Assembly (NCBI RefSeq): GCF_964204865.1
Contig: NC_135257.1
Span: forward strand, 11,842,001-11,906,000
Direction: 5' to 3'
Source: Styela clava
Lineage: Eukaryota
DNA length: 64,000 bases
Every line of letters begins with the position of its first letter. Within the stretch, counting starts at the first letter, position 1. Positions 39,301-51,468 of this stretch are shown in pieces. A model generated the notes under the pieces. That model worked only from the letters and a program-made list of their open reading frames with translations. It was not told the DNA's origin and did not search any database. The position numbers were made by a program, and so were the translations under genes.

Positions 39301-42300
39301 GGCTCACTTGAGCGCCGCGCGCCCAGTTTGAGAACCATGGTGTTACGTAATCAATGCTATCTGTTATGTACTTGGACGCCTAAGGGGTGAGTGTTATCTA
39401 CCGGCGCTCAAAATTCAACAGCGTTGTGACAAAATCGCTTCTTATTTCCTATTGTTATCTACTACTGGAAAATCAGCTGTTACATGGGGCGGGTATTCAA
39501 GTACCGGCCCTTATTTATTTTCATGTTCTGTTCACACGGGCAGCTATTCAAACGAGCCCTCAATCAAGATCGGGCGGTAAAACGAGCATATACGGTACTT
39601 TATTATTCAAATCTACATTTCACCAGCAAAGCAAGTAATGAAAAAAAATCTAGCTGCAATAATCTTTTATAGCTGCTTGTAGTGATAAATAAATTACCGT
39701 ACATAGTTTCATAATGCACTGGTATAAAATGCATTTGAAATATTTTCATCAATGTCAGATCGAAACCCATAATTTAATTGCTGGCTCCCGACTCCTGCTC
39801 GCTTGCCCGTTTGATCAGTAGATGTGAGATTAATCAAGAGTGTGAAAAACAAAGAAATTACCTATAAGCTCAACCTTCTTGGACTTTTGACTAATCCATT
39901 TATTTGCTTTAAGAAAAGATTTTCCACAGGTTTCTGATTGGTAGTTGCAACAAGACTGCAAAACTTCAAATATTTCTGCATCGCATTTTTCCCATCCATC
40001 CCCTAGTAACTGACTGAGTGAATCCCATATGACTGAATCAAATATGTCATTTGAAACCTGCAAAATAGTGGTGGGAATAACTGAGAGCAGAACTTACAAG
40101 CGAAATCAACGCTTATTAATGAAATTAGATGGGATGAATGAAGATGAATTTTAGCCAGTAGGCGTATTTATTAGTTGTTTCGACCTGTGAAAGCTGAACA
40201 GTATTTCAAGTTGTAGGGGTACTCGTTGTAGGGGTATCGGAAGAATTTCCTTAAAAACATTAGTTATAAAATGAAAAAAAGTTCTAAAACTAACGTCTTT
40301 TTCTGAAATTGTAAGTAATCAGGGATATATACCGTAAATCAAGAAATGAGAGATTCCAAACATTCAATACATCAAGTCATTGATAGTTTATGCATCTTAA
40401 AATGGAGCAAAGCTACTAATTGTATCAAACTTATTCAGTTGCTTTGAGATTGCATCTCTTTAATAATTACCAAAAGTTTCAGAGGTCGAATTTGTCCTGT
40501 GAGTAAGACCGAGGCGTGTATAATACTTGTAGATAATATTGTAGAGTTTGCCTGAGATACTAACTAGCTTAGGTAAACTCTAAGATAAACAAATAAATAT
40601 AGATGCAGTTTCATATCACTTGAAAGGAATATATAAATTAGATATATCTCTATGTACCTTCTGTATTAATTCTTTCATTCCATGAAAACAGATCTGCCTC
40701 AAATATGATTTGAAATTGCTGTATTTCATCAGTCCATCAAACACAGTTTTAACAGACTTGGGAGCTTTTTCAAGTTTGCATGACTGGATAACGGCTAGGT
40801 AAGCAAACACCTTTCCCAGAAGAATTCCTTTTTCACCCTGTGAAGAATGATGTCACAAACAAATTACTTTTCCATTTTCTACTCATATTAGTTGAAGTGG
40901 GAATACTAGATAGCCAAATGATCTGGGTATGTAGTGTATACAATGGCGCGAAACATACCATGGTAGTGCTCGTATTACAGACCTGTGATAATTCAAACAT
41001 ACAAATAGCCAAAAGCCAAAACAGCACCCAGGTCATTTGGAGCATATACAATGAGAAATATAAATTTTGTGCATCCTTCGTGTTCGAGCTTCAAATTAAA
41101 AATTTTCGTTATTGTAGAAGTAATCAAGAAATTTATAAATTTTAAGTTGTCTACTATAACAAGTGCTAATAGATGCATAGCTTCATTAATAAACCGTGAT
41201 ACCTAACAGATCCAAATGATGAAATACACAATTCTGAGTTGATAGTATTTACATTCATAAAGAGAATGAGTATTTTATAGTTTCTTACATCATCAAGAGT
41301 GAAACGTTAAAAGCATAACGATTTGGTGACTAACAACAGAAAATAACTTTTCTCTGGCCAAGTTTATAGCTGGATAAGGTGGTACTGAATCGCAATAGTA
41401 ACTGTCAGAAACCGCTACAGAAATGGGTACTCCTGTAGTATGTGTACCAGGTTAGGGTTAGGCCATAATTTTATCCCGATTTCCTTATTTTAGTTTTATT
41501 ACAAGTTCGGGGACTGTCTGTGTTAGCCAAGTGAATTTTCCCCCCTGCCCATAGGTTTCAGTCGCTATACACAACTTGATGTAAAATAGGCGAACAAAAT
41601 TAGTTGCCTCCGTATTGGTACACATACTTCTGGAGCGCCCAGAAGTGTCATACTATTACAAAAAAATGTCATATCTCTTATGTCTTATGATAGCTATACA
41701 CTCTGTAAAATTTATTATATGTATTCTTACACTCCCATCCTTAGATGATTTCAGATTTTCTTCAACTAATTTTAGGACTTTTTGAATTGTTGGATCATCC
41801 TTAACTTCGAGTTTTTTAAGAAGATGAGTGAGTGCACAAGAAAATCCAAGCCGAGAAGCTTTTCTCTCAGATGCAAGTCCATGAATTAATCTCCCTATTG
41901 CATATTTAACATCAGCACACCAAATATTGTCCACGTCATCCTTGGAATAGTAAAAAATATATTATATATTTGTTTTATACAATTCTTATACGCACGTTTC
42001 GCTTTGAACGAGGCAGCCACTGATATCTAACAATGTGTAAAAAGCTCCTCTTTTGATTTGGAATCATCTCTGATAAGATTTATTGGTTGCTGAAACATAT
42101 ATGAATCCAAGTGTTCATCAAAATCAAAACTGTGTGATAGCGGAAATAATTTATGTGAAACGGTAATTGATAATGAAATAATGGTTTGAAATAACAAGCA
42201 ATACAGAAATAATTGTAGAACTCGTTATGCGTAGATGTTCATTTAAGATCATTTATGGATTTTCCGAAAAACCAAGTCACCAGTCAGCTCTATGCATAAG

Positions 42301-43025
42301 TCATTATATACTGAAGTATGCATTATGTATAATGGTACCGGTAATAAAAACATGTGGACAAATATTGAAATTGGAGTGTTCACAGGTTTCCCGTACCTTT
42401 TAAACTAAATTTGCAGTGGGCAAAAACTGGCGAAAAGTTTAATGTACTAAGCAACTAAGCCTATTCATAAATATTTACTGAAAAACTTACATCAGGGACA
42501 ACGTGACGGTTTTGACGTTCTAACAAAATCAGAACAATCTTTTCGGATGCTGAAATTCTTGTTTTGTCGTCGGGAGTTGAAAGCTTCCAAAATAAAGTCA
42601 AAATTTCGTCTCTATCTGACTTGTCGGGCTTCATACTTCCATTCGACAGTTTCAACCCACAGCTTATCGATAAAAAATTTGGTAATTCTGTTACGGTATG
42701 TTGATAATCGAAATTTTGCTTCTTTTTTAATCCTCTTACAGCCTTGGTCTTACAAACTTAGTTAACGGTACGGTATCTCTCGGGGCTTCGGCTAAATCCG
42801 AACCAACAATACCAGAGCGAAGAACCTTCAATGCCTTGAGCTTCGAAGTGTGACACCACACGTGGAATCGAAAATTCTGGTAATACTAACAACATTGCCA
42901 AAAGTTTTTACTCGTGTTCAAGTGTAAAAATATGATAAGAATTTGAATTTTTGCGAATAATTTGCAACAAAGTCTTACATACATTTAGCAGACAGAATAC
43001 ATCGTTAGTGTACGATACTCACCAT
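9316..43025 (-). CDS. MYBBP1A: Myb-binding protein 1A (Pol5/DNA pol phi family nucleolar protein), multi-exon
   Basis: Phase-consistent exons, 5'->3': [43025-43023 ATG-only, tentative], 42748(or ATG 42634)-42491, 41940-41731, 40837-40658, 40057-39862, 38674-38439, 37499-37321, 36952-36779, 36480-36371, 35069-34921, 34041-33855, 32923-32756, 32075-32038, 31808-31683, 30953-30854, 29420-29272, 28654-28538, 27871-27639, 14979-14791, 14100-13972, 13383-13308, 11372-11206, 10720-10553, 10051-9945, 9796-9680, 9401-9316(TAG). Motifs: LFWKLS..DDKTR..A, KYAIGRLIHGLASERKASRLGFSCAL, HPRIHP, WVEVIIETILSMLSQ, an acidic tract, MDDEAMMRIDNVLAEVF and a Lys-rich C-terminus. Confidence 0.9.
11710..13293. mobile_element. 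Foldback (palindromic) non-coding element of 1.58 kb
   Basis: 11710-12526 is the reverse complement of 12547-13293 apart from indels, with a ~20-bp spacer. The A-rich tract is mirrored by a T-rich tract, and the subterminal motif GGCCCATCGTTGTCA is repeated. Flanked by AATAAC on both sides. Confidence 0.85.
13588..13811 (-). mobile_element. tRNA-derived SINE
   Basis: Pol III B-box GGTTCGAATCCC on the minus strand (13740-13729) with an A-box-like head and a non-tRNA body. Related body fragments occur at ~34228, ~35203 and ~37958. Confidence 0.7.
15483..15699. mobile_element. Merlin-like MITE copy with a degenerate left end
   Basis: Aligns by eye with the 8298-8752 and 41426-41639 family and ends in gggagtacc. 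Confidence 0.7.
19417..19621. mobile_element. Merlin-like MITE
   Basis: Termini ggtactcc...ggagcgct. Perfect 8-bp TSD CATATTTT. Confidence 0.8.
22377..26424 (+). CDS. Ankyrin-repeat protein with a long disordered C-terminus, nested antisense in a MYBBP1A intron
   Basis: Exons 22377-22467, 22852-22931, 23365-23511, 23950-24042 and 24748-26424(TAA) are in phase. Ankyrin motifs: YPIHIAASHG, TALHQASRFGH, PLHVAATYGQ, TPLHYASSEG, GADPN/GANPD. Confidence 0.85.
24173..24415. mobile_element. Degenerate hAT-like MITE
   Basis: Termini gagtggttcccaaac and gggaaccactg, with ggcccg subterminal motifs. TSD is poorly preserved. Confidence 0.55.
29540..29997. mobile_element. hAT MITE
   Basis: Termini CAGGGGTGGGTAA and TTTGCCCGTCCCTG. 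TSD ATATATAC/ATATTGAC. A second 3'-end fragment lies at ~30578-30658. Confidence 0.65.
30263..30328 (-). ncRNA. Box C/D snoRNA candidate, copy 1 (predicted guide for the 28S Am equivalent to yeast Am2946; SNORD29/snR71-type target)
   Basis: Sense to the MYBBP1A intron. 8-bp terminal stem with one G-U pair, C box ATGATGA, internal hairpin, guide AACTCAGCTCAC, D box CTGA. Confidence 0.75.
32333..32669. mobile_element. hAT MITE
   Basis: Termini CAAGGGTGTGC and GCACACCCCTG, with GGCCCGCG subterminal repeats. TSD GCATAGAC/GCAAAGAC. Related fragments at ~2570-2700 and ~31026-31150. Confidence 0.75.
32963..33244 (-). mobile_element. Helentron-associated non-autonomous element (HINE/DINE-1-like)
   Basis: subTIRs ACTTATCGAT (32991-33000) and ATCGATAAGT (33233-33242), adjacent partial inverted repeat (33217-33228), (GACA)n microsatellite, and terminal hairpin TCGGTC-GGA-GACCGA (32974-32988). 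Confidence 0.65.
34339..34404 (-). ncRNA. Box C/D snoRNA candidate, copy 2
   Basis: Minus strand reads ACTGGCAT G ATGATGA TATCTA TTGTCAT ATTACTG ATGACAA CTCAGCTCACA CTGA ATGCCAGT, with a perfect 8-bp stem. Confidence 0.8.
34480..34684. mobile_element. hAT MITE adjacent to snoRNA copy 2
   Basis: Termini CAGAGCTCTTCAAAC and GTTTGGAGAACACTG. Perfect TSD ATCTAAAC. Confidence 0.75.
35278..35343 (-). ncRNA. Box C/D snoRNA candidate, copy 3
   Basis: Identical to copy 2 except for one substitution in the internal hairpin loop. Confidence 0.8.
35426..35643. mobile_element. hAT MITE adjacent to snoRNA copy 3 (same insertion as 34480-34684)
   Basis: Same termini. TSD ATATAAAC/ATCTAAAC and the same downstream flank CTTGCTGAGCAA. 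Confidence 0.75.
35766..35869. mobile_element. Short degenerate Merlin-like MITE
   Basis: Eroded TIR (ggcgct..aagta..aaccaagatg). Flanked by the direct repeat CACAGATG. Confidence 0.55.
35914..36242. repeat. Diverged tandem duplication with a ~165-bp unit (2 copies)
   Basis: 35914-36077 and 36086-36242 share tgatttttgct..gtgacttttt..aaactagaa..gctaaattttg..aacagtgaattta. Confidence 0.75.
38213..38278 (-). ncRNA. Box C/D snoRNA candidate, copy 4
   Basis: Core identical to copy 2, located in MYBBP1A intron 38438-37500. Confidence 0.8.
39063..39595. mobile_element. Tc1/mariner-type non-autonomous element
   Basis: TA|CCGTATTTGGTCGTTTT ... AAAACGAGCATATACGG|TA: imperfect TIRs with a TA TSD. Confidence 0.65.
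41426..41639. mobile_element. Merlin-like MITE
   Basis: Termini ggtactcc...ggagcgcc. TSD CAGAAATG/CAGAAGTG. Confidence 0.8.
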
Positions 43026-43686
43026 ATCTTATAGAAAACAAGGGAAAATGTGGGAAAGTTTAGGACGCGTTATGAGAAGCATGCGCTTACTCACTAAACC
43101 GTACATGATTTTCATATGCATTCCGATAAGAAGGTAAGCCGATACAGCGCCTTATCCTATGACCTCGCGTCCCATTACCAGCGCATGTCGGGTGAAATAG
43201 TTATCCAGTTATTCGTTTCAGATGCATAAAATATTTTTTTTTTCTTAAAGTTCCACGTTGTGGATTCATAACAGATGCATAAAATTTATGGCCACCAGGA
43301 GGGAAGCCCAACACACAACACCATCCCAATGCTACCAGAGACGAGGTCAATCGTCAGGTCACTCACATAGATAAAAATACATGGTGTTTTTGAAAGCGCC
43401 ATAACTTATAATAATAATAACATGGTGTTTTTTTGCTCTTATCGATACGTAAAATCTTGCTCCGTTTTGCACGCTGCCTTTTAAACTATAATTCGTTGTG
43501 TACATGGATAAAAAAAAAATTGTGTGGCCCAGCTAGATGTCTGAAGTTATAAGGCCCACCACCAATAAAATTACACACCCCTACGATATAACATAATGTT
43601 TATTTCCTTGTGTGCATTGCTATCTTAATTCCCTCCGCATGTGCAGAATTTAAACAAAGAAATTCGAAATAGCAAGGTACTCTTCT

Positions 43687-46000
43687 TTATTGTAGCGATA
43701 CGCAACATCCTACGCTGTAGTCGTAGAACTTGTCACGTATCGCGAGCTTGTGGGCGTTATAAATACGTTCGAGGTCTCTTTCTTCAGCAACTGTGTCGAA
43801 ATCTCGCACATAGATACGTACCTGAAGAAAGGGAAAAAAATTATCAACTCAATTAGTATGTACAGACATATCTTATATATATTCAATATTCTAACGTACT
43901 TGTCATCAAATTCGACTGGGGTTTAATTCCTACAATTCAATCGGTGAAGATGTAGACAAAACAGAAACTAAGTGAACTGCCCAGAATTTACTACCTCGGA
44001 TTCTCAAGACCCCGCAAACCTAAAATTAAAACCTAAATTCAGTTTAAATCCATTTTAACGGACTGGCTAATATTCATTTGTTATGGAGGGTGAATTTTCT
44101 TTTGTATAATGACATGTCTCGTATCGGTAATATTGGCTATTATATTATCCATAACGCCACTGAATAAGAATTCAAATTTACTAAACCCAAAACTGATCAA
44201 TTTTAGACTAACATGCTTATCTTGTATTTATAAAAATAGGAAAAGTCTTACTTTTAGTGTATCCACTGAGCATTTATCATTTTCTCTTAAAATTACAAGT
44301 TTTTCGATAAATTTCGTTGATATGAAGGCGTTTATCTTCAAATAGTACAATGATTTGCAGTGCTCAATTAATGCTAGAAATTGGCTATCGAACACCTCGT
44401 AAGTATCCGGTAGATCTGAAATTTAAACAAAGTGTAACAAAAAAAAAATCATTTTTTCTAAAATCATAAAAACTCAATGCAAAAAAGATGCACAGAATTG
44501 TTGTGTACCAAGTGTAATCTTTTCCAATGTGTTACTGTAATGAGGCAGTATGGTTGAAATTGTAGGTCCGATTTGCCAATCTTGTTCAGCAAAGTAGCAT
44601 CCATCAAATGTAATCTAAAATGATAACGAAATAAAAGTGTGAAGTTAAATATATTCATGCATAATCAATCAATTTACGCGCACGTGAATAATGAAACGTG
44701 CCAAAAAACAAAGTCAGCTTTGTATTTGTTCATACGATGGGAACCATTTGTGATAGAATACAAGGGGCATGATGGGAACAGTTTTTCGATAAAATACAAT
44801 GGAGATGATCTTGCTTCCAAACTGGCTTTTTCTTTCATTCAGTTTCAGATTCATTTCGCTGTTTCTTACCTGTCTTAGCGGTATCTGCGGGCATAAAATT
44901 CGAAAATGTTCTTCTGAGCTCATGACACGTTCAAATTTCATATCAACTTTACAGTTGGGACATTTATTTCGAAGGGCGCTCCAAAATTGTCCCTGAATAA
45001 TTTGGTAATGAGGATCGTAAGCGTGTACTTTGATGTGTAGCCGTTTTAGTGAATCATGAGAAATGTGTTCCGCTAAAGTTTCCAAAAAATCTTCCGAAAT
45101 ATAACTGTAGTTGATGAACAAATCTCGCAGATTCTTGAACTGTCGCATGCAGTCGACAAATTCTGTAAACAGAAAGATGGGTCTTCTGTTGAAAAAGAAG
45201 TCTTCCAAATCCAAGTATGTCACGGTATCACCCATTTCATATCCAAGTGAAAACAAAACTTTGTACCCATCATTCAAGCACATTTTTGCACTTCTTAAGT
45301 TGACTCTTTCTAAAGTATGCTGACCTTTGCAAAAATACTTTGCAAGCCATGTGGTGAAGTCTTCTTGAATGGAGTTCCATTGTCCACGATCTAGCTGTAG
45401 TCCTGGAATGGAGAGTTCTTCCAGTCTCGCCTTTTCTTTTATGAGAGTGATGAAACATACTCGAATAGCCCTTTGAAACTTGCGACAGACACTCGATAAT
45501 GCGGGATTATATAATCGAAATTCCAAACGACGTAGATATTTTCCAAATATTCGGACATATTGAGTAGCATTTCGATAAGGAAGGTGCGTCGAATCTCTTG
45601 GATCACGCCCTGAAAACCTAAATGACTTGACACGCCACAAATTTCCCGTGTGCCTCATCACTGTATACCATCTCTTGCAAACGTACATTGCACTCGGGCG
45701 ATGCCTTTCTGCAAGGTGAACAAAAATGTGCTCTAATATCACGTGAGGAACAGTCGCCCATCCGTGAGGATTGTCTTCATTCGATAAATCGTCGATGGAA
45801 GTCATAGATTTTGACAACGTTTTGCCTGTTCCGTCTGACATGAGACTTCCTATATCAAAGTTATTAGAGTTCCGTCTCGTTTTGGCCGACGTAGCACTTT
45901 TGCTTGAATCCAATTTTAATTTTTCTGAGTTTGATTCAATTGTTTTTAATTTCGGTTTTTTCGGCGGTACGGGACCATCTTCTTCCTCGAATTGTATCAT
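43687..46000 (-). CDS. FBXO39: F-box only protein 39-like (F-box + LRR-like)
   Basis: Exons 46000-44870, 44614-44509, 44415-44252 and 43821-43687(TAA). F-box WATVPHVILEHIF...VCKRW, plus YVRIFGKYL, IKVHAYDPH, FERVM and a C-terminal RIY..EE..L..IY, matching the remembered vertebrate FBXO39 along its length. Confidence 0.85.
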
Positions 46001-47044
46001 TGTTGAAATAAATTAGCGGTGCAACGTCTTACTTCCCAAACCAGACAAATTTTCTTATATGCAAATATTTGTAATCAAGTCAGAAATTAAAATCTAAGAC
46101 GGGTATAATTGTTGCGTCACAATGTGGTAATATTGAAAACACAATAGTTGGCATATTATAGAATCGACCTTGAAACCCAGAAAATTTCTTTCCCTACTTC
46201 ACTACTACAATTTTGTATGTCTTATTTTTTACGTGTTACGTCCTTGAATTATTTATTTTCTTGCAACCTGTTCAGGCATATCCCATCAAAAAATAGTGGT
46301 AGTTGACAACAGCGTAGTGACTAGTCTTTCCACCCACTTCTCGGGAAGTTTATATTGCAATTAATCTAAAACTCGAAAAAAATTGAAAGTCACTGAATCT
46401 CAGAAACATAGAATGACAAAACTACGAAAATGATTCGATTTTCAAATTCATGATTGAATTTCAATATTACGTCACAATTTATTTGATGCGAGAAAAACCA
46501 GTTATTGCCATGTTTATCGGACGTGATATTCAGATATTTGCATTTTGAAGATTTCCTAATGACATTTCGGTTTCCAGTTTGAATGACATAAAATTGTATT
46601 GCAATCGTGTCGTAGGCTATGGACAATTACGATCATGTTCCAAATTAGATTTGCGCAGATTCTTTGCACCACTGATGGACACAAATACTTGACACTGAAT
46701 GGTATATATCCTGACTCTGATTGGCTCAGATTCCGGGCAATGTTTGCAACCTAGGGGTCACCAACTATATATATATACGGGTTGATAAAACTAATCTGGC
46801 TAGCAGATGTGTATTACATATCCGATAAACTCATACGTCAGAAAAATAATTTAACACCTTTTTGTGGTATTCGTTTCAACTGATCACGGGTTAATGCCAT
46901 CCTCGATGACGTGCCAATTTTGCACTTGCAAATTCGGAATACTTCGCCGAGGCGTACTAGGAAGTAAAAATACAATTTCAAATCGTTAAATAGTAGTTCG
47001 CCCTTGGAATGTCGAGGAAAGAATTGGTAAATGTGGGTGCGAAC

Positions 47045-47300
47045 CAGTGGCTTGTCTAAAGGGGGGCAAAGGGGAAGCCGCCCCGGGCAGCACGTTATAA
47101 GGGTTAGTTTGTTGCTTAGTTTGATGATTTAAATATTAATATTAAAAACATTTTACTCTTACTTGACCTTTAATTTATTTATGCTCATGTATAGCAACTT
47201 TTATAATTTGTTTATCCCCCAAATTATTTTGAAGTTAGATATAAAGGACATCTTTATCAGAAACTCGCGCCGGGCAGCAGAAAAGTTTGACACGCCACTG
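47045..47300. mobile_element. hAT MITE
   Basis: Termini CAGTGGCTTGTC and GACACGCCACTG. Perfect 8-bp TSD GTGCGAAC. Confidence 0.85.
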
Positions 47301-47353
47301 GTGCGAACGTGTTGCAACTTTCCGCTTGGGCCTGGCTAATAGGAGATAACTTA

Positions 47354-47722
47354 CCGTGTTTCCCCAAAAATAAGACCTAGCCTGAATTTTAAAAATGATT
47401 TCAATATAAGCCTTCACTTTAAAATAAGACCTAGTCGATAGCGCGATTTTTTTGACCTAGTCGATATGAATACAAGACTTTCTAGAGGTTGAGACATCGT
47501 CATTTTCGAATAATCTATGTTTAGCAGTTTTTTTTTAAAAAAAACGTGTTATTTATTAGCAACTGGATAACGGTTTTCATATTTGTAAATCTCGTAATTC
47601 TCTACTTTGTAATCATGCTTTTGACGATTGAAAATAGAAACCATCACCCAAAAATAAGCCCTGGTGTTATTTTTCGAAAGAAAATTGAAATAAGACCATG
47701 TCTTATTTTGGGGGAAACACGA
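47354..47722. mobile_element. Tc1/mariner (pogo/Tc2-like) MITE
   Basis: TA|CCGTGTTTCCCCAAAAATAAGAC ... GTCTTATTTTGGGGGAAACACG TIRs, with internal AAATAAGACC repeats. Confidence 0.75.
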
Positions 47723-47734
47723 ACAGAACTAGAA

Positions 47735-49814
47735 CAGGGGTGGGCAACCTTTTTCGGCTCGCGTGCAAAATCGACTAAATTAAAAGACAAAATTCTTGCC
47801 GACCAAAATTTTTGAGAACATACTACTGCCATTCTTACAAGTATATATCGAGTGCCTCGAACAAATGAAAACTAGTCCTTCAAACAGTGAAGACATAAAA
47901 TGAACGAAAATGAATTTATTCACCTTAAAAACAATGCCTTGCTACTTTCTAATCAAAAAATACACAATAATAAACCTTTTGAACATGTACAGACAGATTT
48001 ACTAATCTGGAAAATATCAGTCCGATAAATAGATTTAATTACTTTTCCCGTTTTATATCAGTGAGACTTCTGCGTTTATATTTTGTAACTTTCAGAGAAA
48101 TACACGAACCACTTGTTTTATCTTTCAGGGACTTAAATAAAGTTCATCACTGACAACAGGGATTCACAAGCATAATGTAGATGAAAACATGGAGGGTAAT
48201 GCAGTTGCAAAGTTTTTCAGACACGAAAAATTTTCGGAAATGGAATACCAAGCACGCAATAATTCGTTTTCTGCACTTCTCTCTTGTATTCCCTTCTCTA
48301 ATCGCATTTTTCAATATTTTCCAACTCAACTCTAGGTTTAATGAATTTTTGCTTCCAAATTGAGCTACTCAGAAAGTCAATCAACTGCAATTCAAAATTT
48401 CTCCTGGTCTATCGATAAAAAATTTTGTAGGTTTAGTTTCTCCATTTTTATATTGTCCGCAAACCACATGAACTTTGCGGTCTCTTCAAGTTCTCTGAAT
48501 TTTGAAAATCTTGTGACGAACTGCTGCTGCTCACCAACTGACTTGATAATGTTTATAAATAACACCTGACAGATTTGAAGATCTGTTCTGTCATCACTTT
48601 GGAGATCCCAAATATACCTCTTGAGGTTTAAAGAAATATTTAAAATTTTTATCTGCAATATCTTTCTCATGTATCATGCTGGGGCGCCATCAGTTGTAAC
48701 AGACACTTGCATATTTCGGCTCCCGTAGTACGCTCAGGCAATGTTAGAAGGTCAACCATCGCTTCACGTATTTCGCTCCCTTTACAAAATCGAGAAAATA
48801 TTACCAGCCTAGCTGATGATGTTATATCTGTACTTTCATCAACACAAATAGAAAAATATTTGCATGAAGACAAATCCTATGTCAACTGCTGAGTAATATC
48901 ACTTTCCTACTTAAAGATAAATCTTTAATGCGTTGAATAATATTCTCTTTTTCTGGAAAATTGTCGAAAAGTAACGGCGCACACTGTAATCAAACTTCTT
49001 TAATATAATCTCCATCACTAAGTGGTTTTCCATGTTGCGCAATTACCTTTAATTAAAATTTCGAAACTGGCAGCAACTAAGTTGGTAATGGATTTGCCTG
49101 ATATGAAGTACATAAAATTATTAGCTTGTTTTCTCGCTTTGCTGATATTACTACTGATTAATTCTCTCTTTTTCTCCTCAGATTTATTGTTTGTATTACC
49201 ATGAACACTTGCAAAATGCCTTTTTACAGACGATGTTCTACAAACAATCGTTTAGAAACAGAAAATTCATGAAGCTGTGTTTTTTCTCAATTACACCAAA
49301 GCTTTCAGTCCAGTATTATTGGAATCTTCTGACATCGCCAAATAAACGAGCTTACTATGCTGATGGTCCTGACATCATTGAATCTGTAGACTGACGGCAA
49401 ACAAGAAACGTACCCAAACTATTTACAAAGAGGCAGTACCAAAATACTACTGCAATTAAATTTTAATAAACCTTTAACCCATCTGATGTCACTTTTATTT
49501 TTTCAAAATCAATTTATAACAGTAAGTAAGTAACTTTAACCAACATGAGCTGTACAACTTCATAAATCAAGCAGAAATTATGAAAAAGGGTGGCACAGAC
49601 GAACTATACTACGTAAGAATGTAGCCAATTTAAATACTGCGACTTTCTCTACAAAATTTCTCGAGAGCTCACTCATTTGTTATGCCATAGTAAATATTTT
49701 GGTAGCAATATGTCATGGACGGACAAAAAGAGTTCAAGGCAAATGATTTCGTTTCCGAGGCCTCGCTCGCGTGCCGTTAAAATGGGCTCGCGTGCCAGGG
49801 GTTGCCCACCCCTG
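47735..49814 (-). mobile_element. Defective hAT transposon (Buster/SPIN/GTF2IRD2-like transposase pseudogene)
   Basis: TIRs CAGGGGTGGGCAACC and GGTTGCCCACCCCTG. TSD AACTAGAA/GACTAGGA. Frameshifted transposase remnants including YFSICVDESTDITSSARLVIFSRF and QQQFVTRFSKF. Confidence 0.85.
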
Positions 49815-51468
49815 GACTAGGACGTCATTTTGCTTGTCACCTATGTATAGTATGTGTGAACACAGATAGACAATCCCTAGACACCGTGTGCTCATTAAAG
49901 GGTCAATAAATTTATGGTGTACGTGCTGTTGATATGATTGTGTCGTAAAGAATTATCATGTATTATCTTTGGAATAAGATCTTTGCCCCTTGACATTTAT
50001 TATTTTCATCTGCTACTCTGATGCGTTCATCAATCCAAACGAATAATTGTAACAGTTGATCAATTGGGGGCCTCGTCGTGAATCAGTCGCAGATTGATTC
50101 GCATTAGATTGTTCCGTACTGGACTCTTCACGAAATTCGTAGTCGTTCAAAAAGTTGGTTTGATAGCCAATGTAGACATCAGTACGACGAAAATACTATT
50201 TACCATTCGCTGCCTATTCAAACTCCTCGGCTTGAAAAAGCACCGTATCAACCTGTTCGCTGAAGTGTGGCGATCTCGAAATAGTAACTTATCCGGGTAT
50301 TTTCTCGATAGCTTTCGACATAACACGGATATTTATTTGCCTGCGGGCACGAGAAATGTAATTTAGAAATCATGTTTCACTACCTTTTGACGGGAGTTTT
50401 TTCAGCGTATACGTGTCTCGAAAGGTTCGCATATTAAATTGAATGTAGATTGGCAGCTTAGCGCGACCTGTGTAACAATATTTGTGGTTCGGAGTTGAGA
50501 TTACTGTAAAGCTTAATAAATATTCAAGAACTATCCTGTCGTTGACGCACTAGATTCTGTTTATCTCAAGTGGTGTGACAATAACACGATAATTAGTACC
50601 AATGTGATGTATCACAACCTGGCACCAGAACTACCAGCAAATTTAAATATATATTCTATCTACGAATTGAGTTTTAAACAAAATGTTATATATAATATTA
50701 AACCCTGATGATATGCCGCAGCAGTTCTTAGATCGAATTAAGAATGTGTTCAAATTATCATCGGTGTCTTGTACTGGACTATATATGTTGTGTTGATCGC
50801 GTGCTCATATAATATTATACAGACGCAAGTCTATTTCCTCGTATCGGTGACATAGAACAATAGTAATTTGATGCATAAATTGTGCATGCAAGGTACTACA
50901 TGAATGGGAATATATTCTGTGCGCTCGTAAGCAAGAGATTATATTCATTTTTCAATGAGAAACAGGTAGATTGGGGTTTTCTTGTGGTTGAATCTGTTTT
51001 TTATTTATATTTCCTCCGTTCTCTGATACTGATTGTGAGTTGGCTACACGCTGCAATTGCTTCTGAAATGAACCGTATCTGCTAGAACAGGAAACAGATA
51101 TCGTACAATAGACCTTTTCTGATTACACGTTAGCAGCAGAATATAGGCCGAATTTTGCTTGTCTGTGTTATGTAGTGTCTTGTTAGCATGCGAATTAGTC
51201 TTTGTCTGATTGTTATTTACGGGCAGGTTAATGTATCATAGTGAAATATATATTATGTGTCCACAATGCCATGTTTCTAGTTCAGGAGATAGGAATGCTG
51301 AAAAAAGAATTGTTAACTGATTGTAGTCGTTTTGATGAAGCTGGCTCGTGACAATGTCGCATTTTTATCAAATTAAATTATACATAATTTTTGTTCATTT
51401 TTTAAGAATATATATAAATAGCTGTATCATTTTCCATACTTAGAGCTGAATACGAAAGTATCTCAATT

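Noticed and set aside
43687-43710. CaaX prenylation motif at the FBXO39 C-terminus (CCVSLQ)
   Set aside because: The Cys is at -5/-6, not -4.
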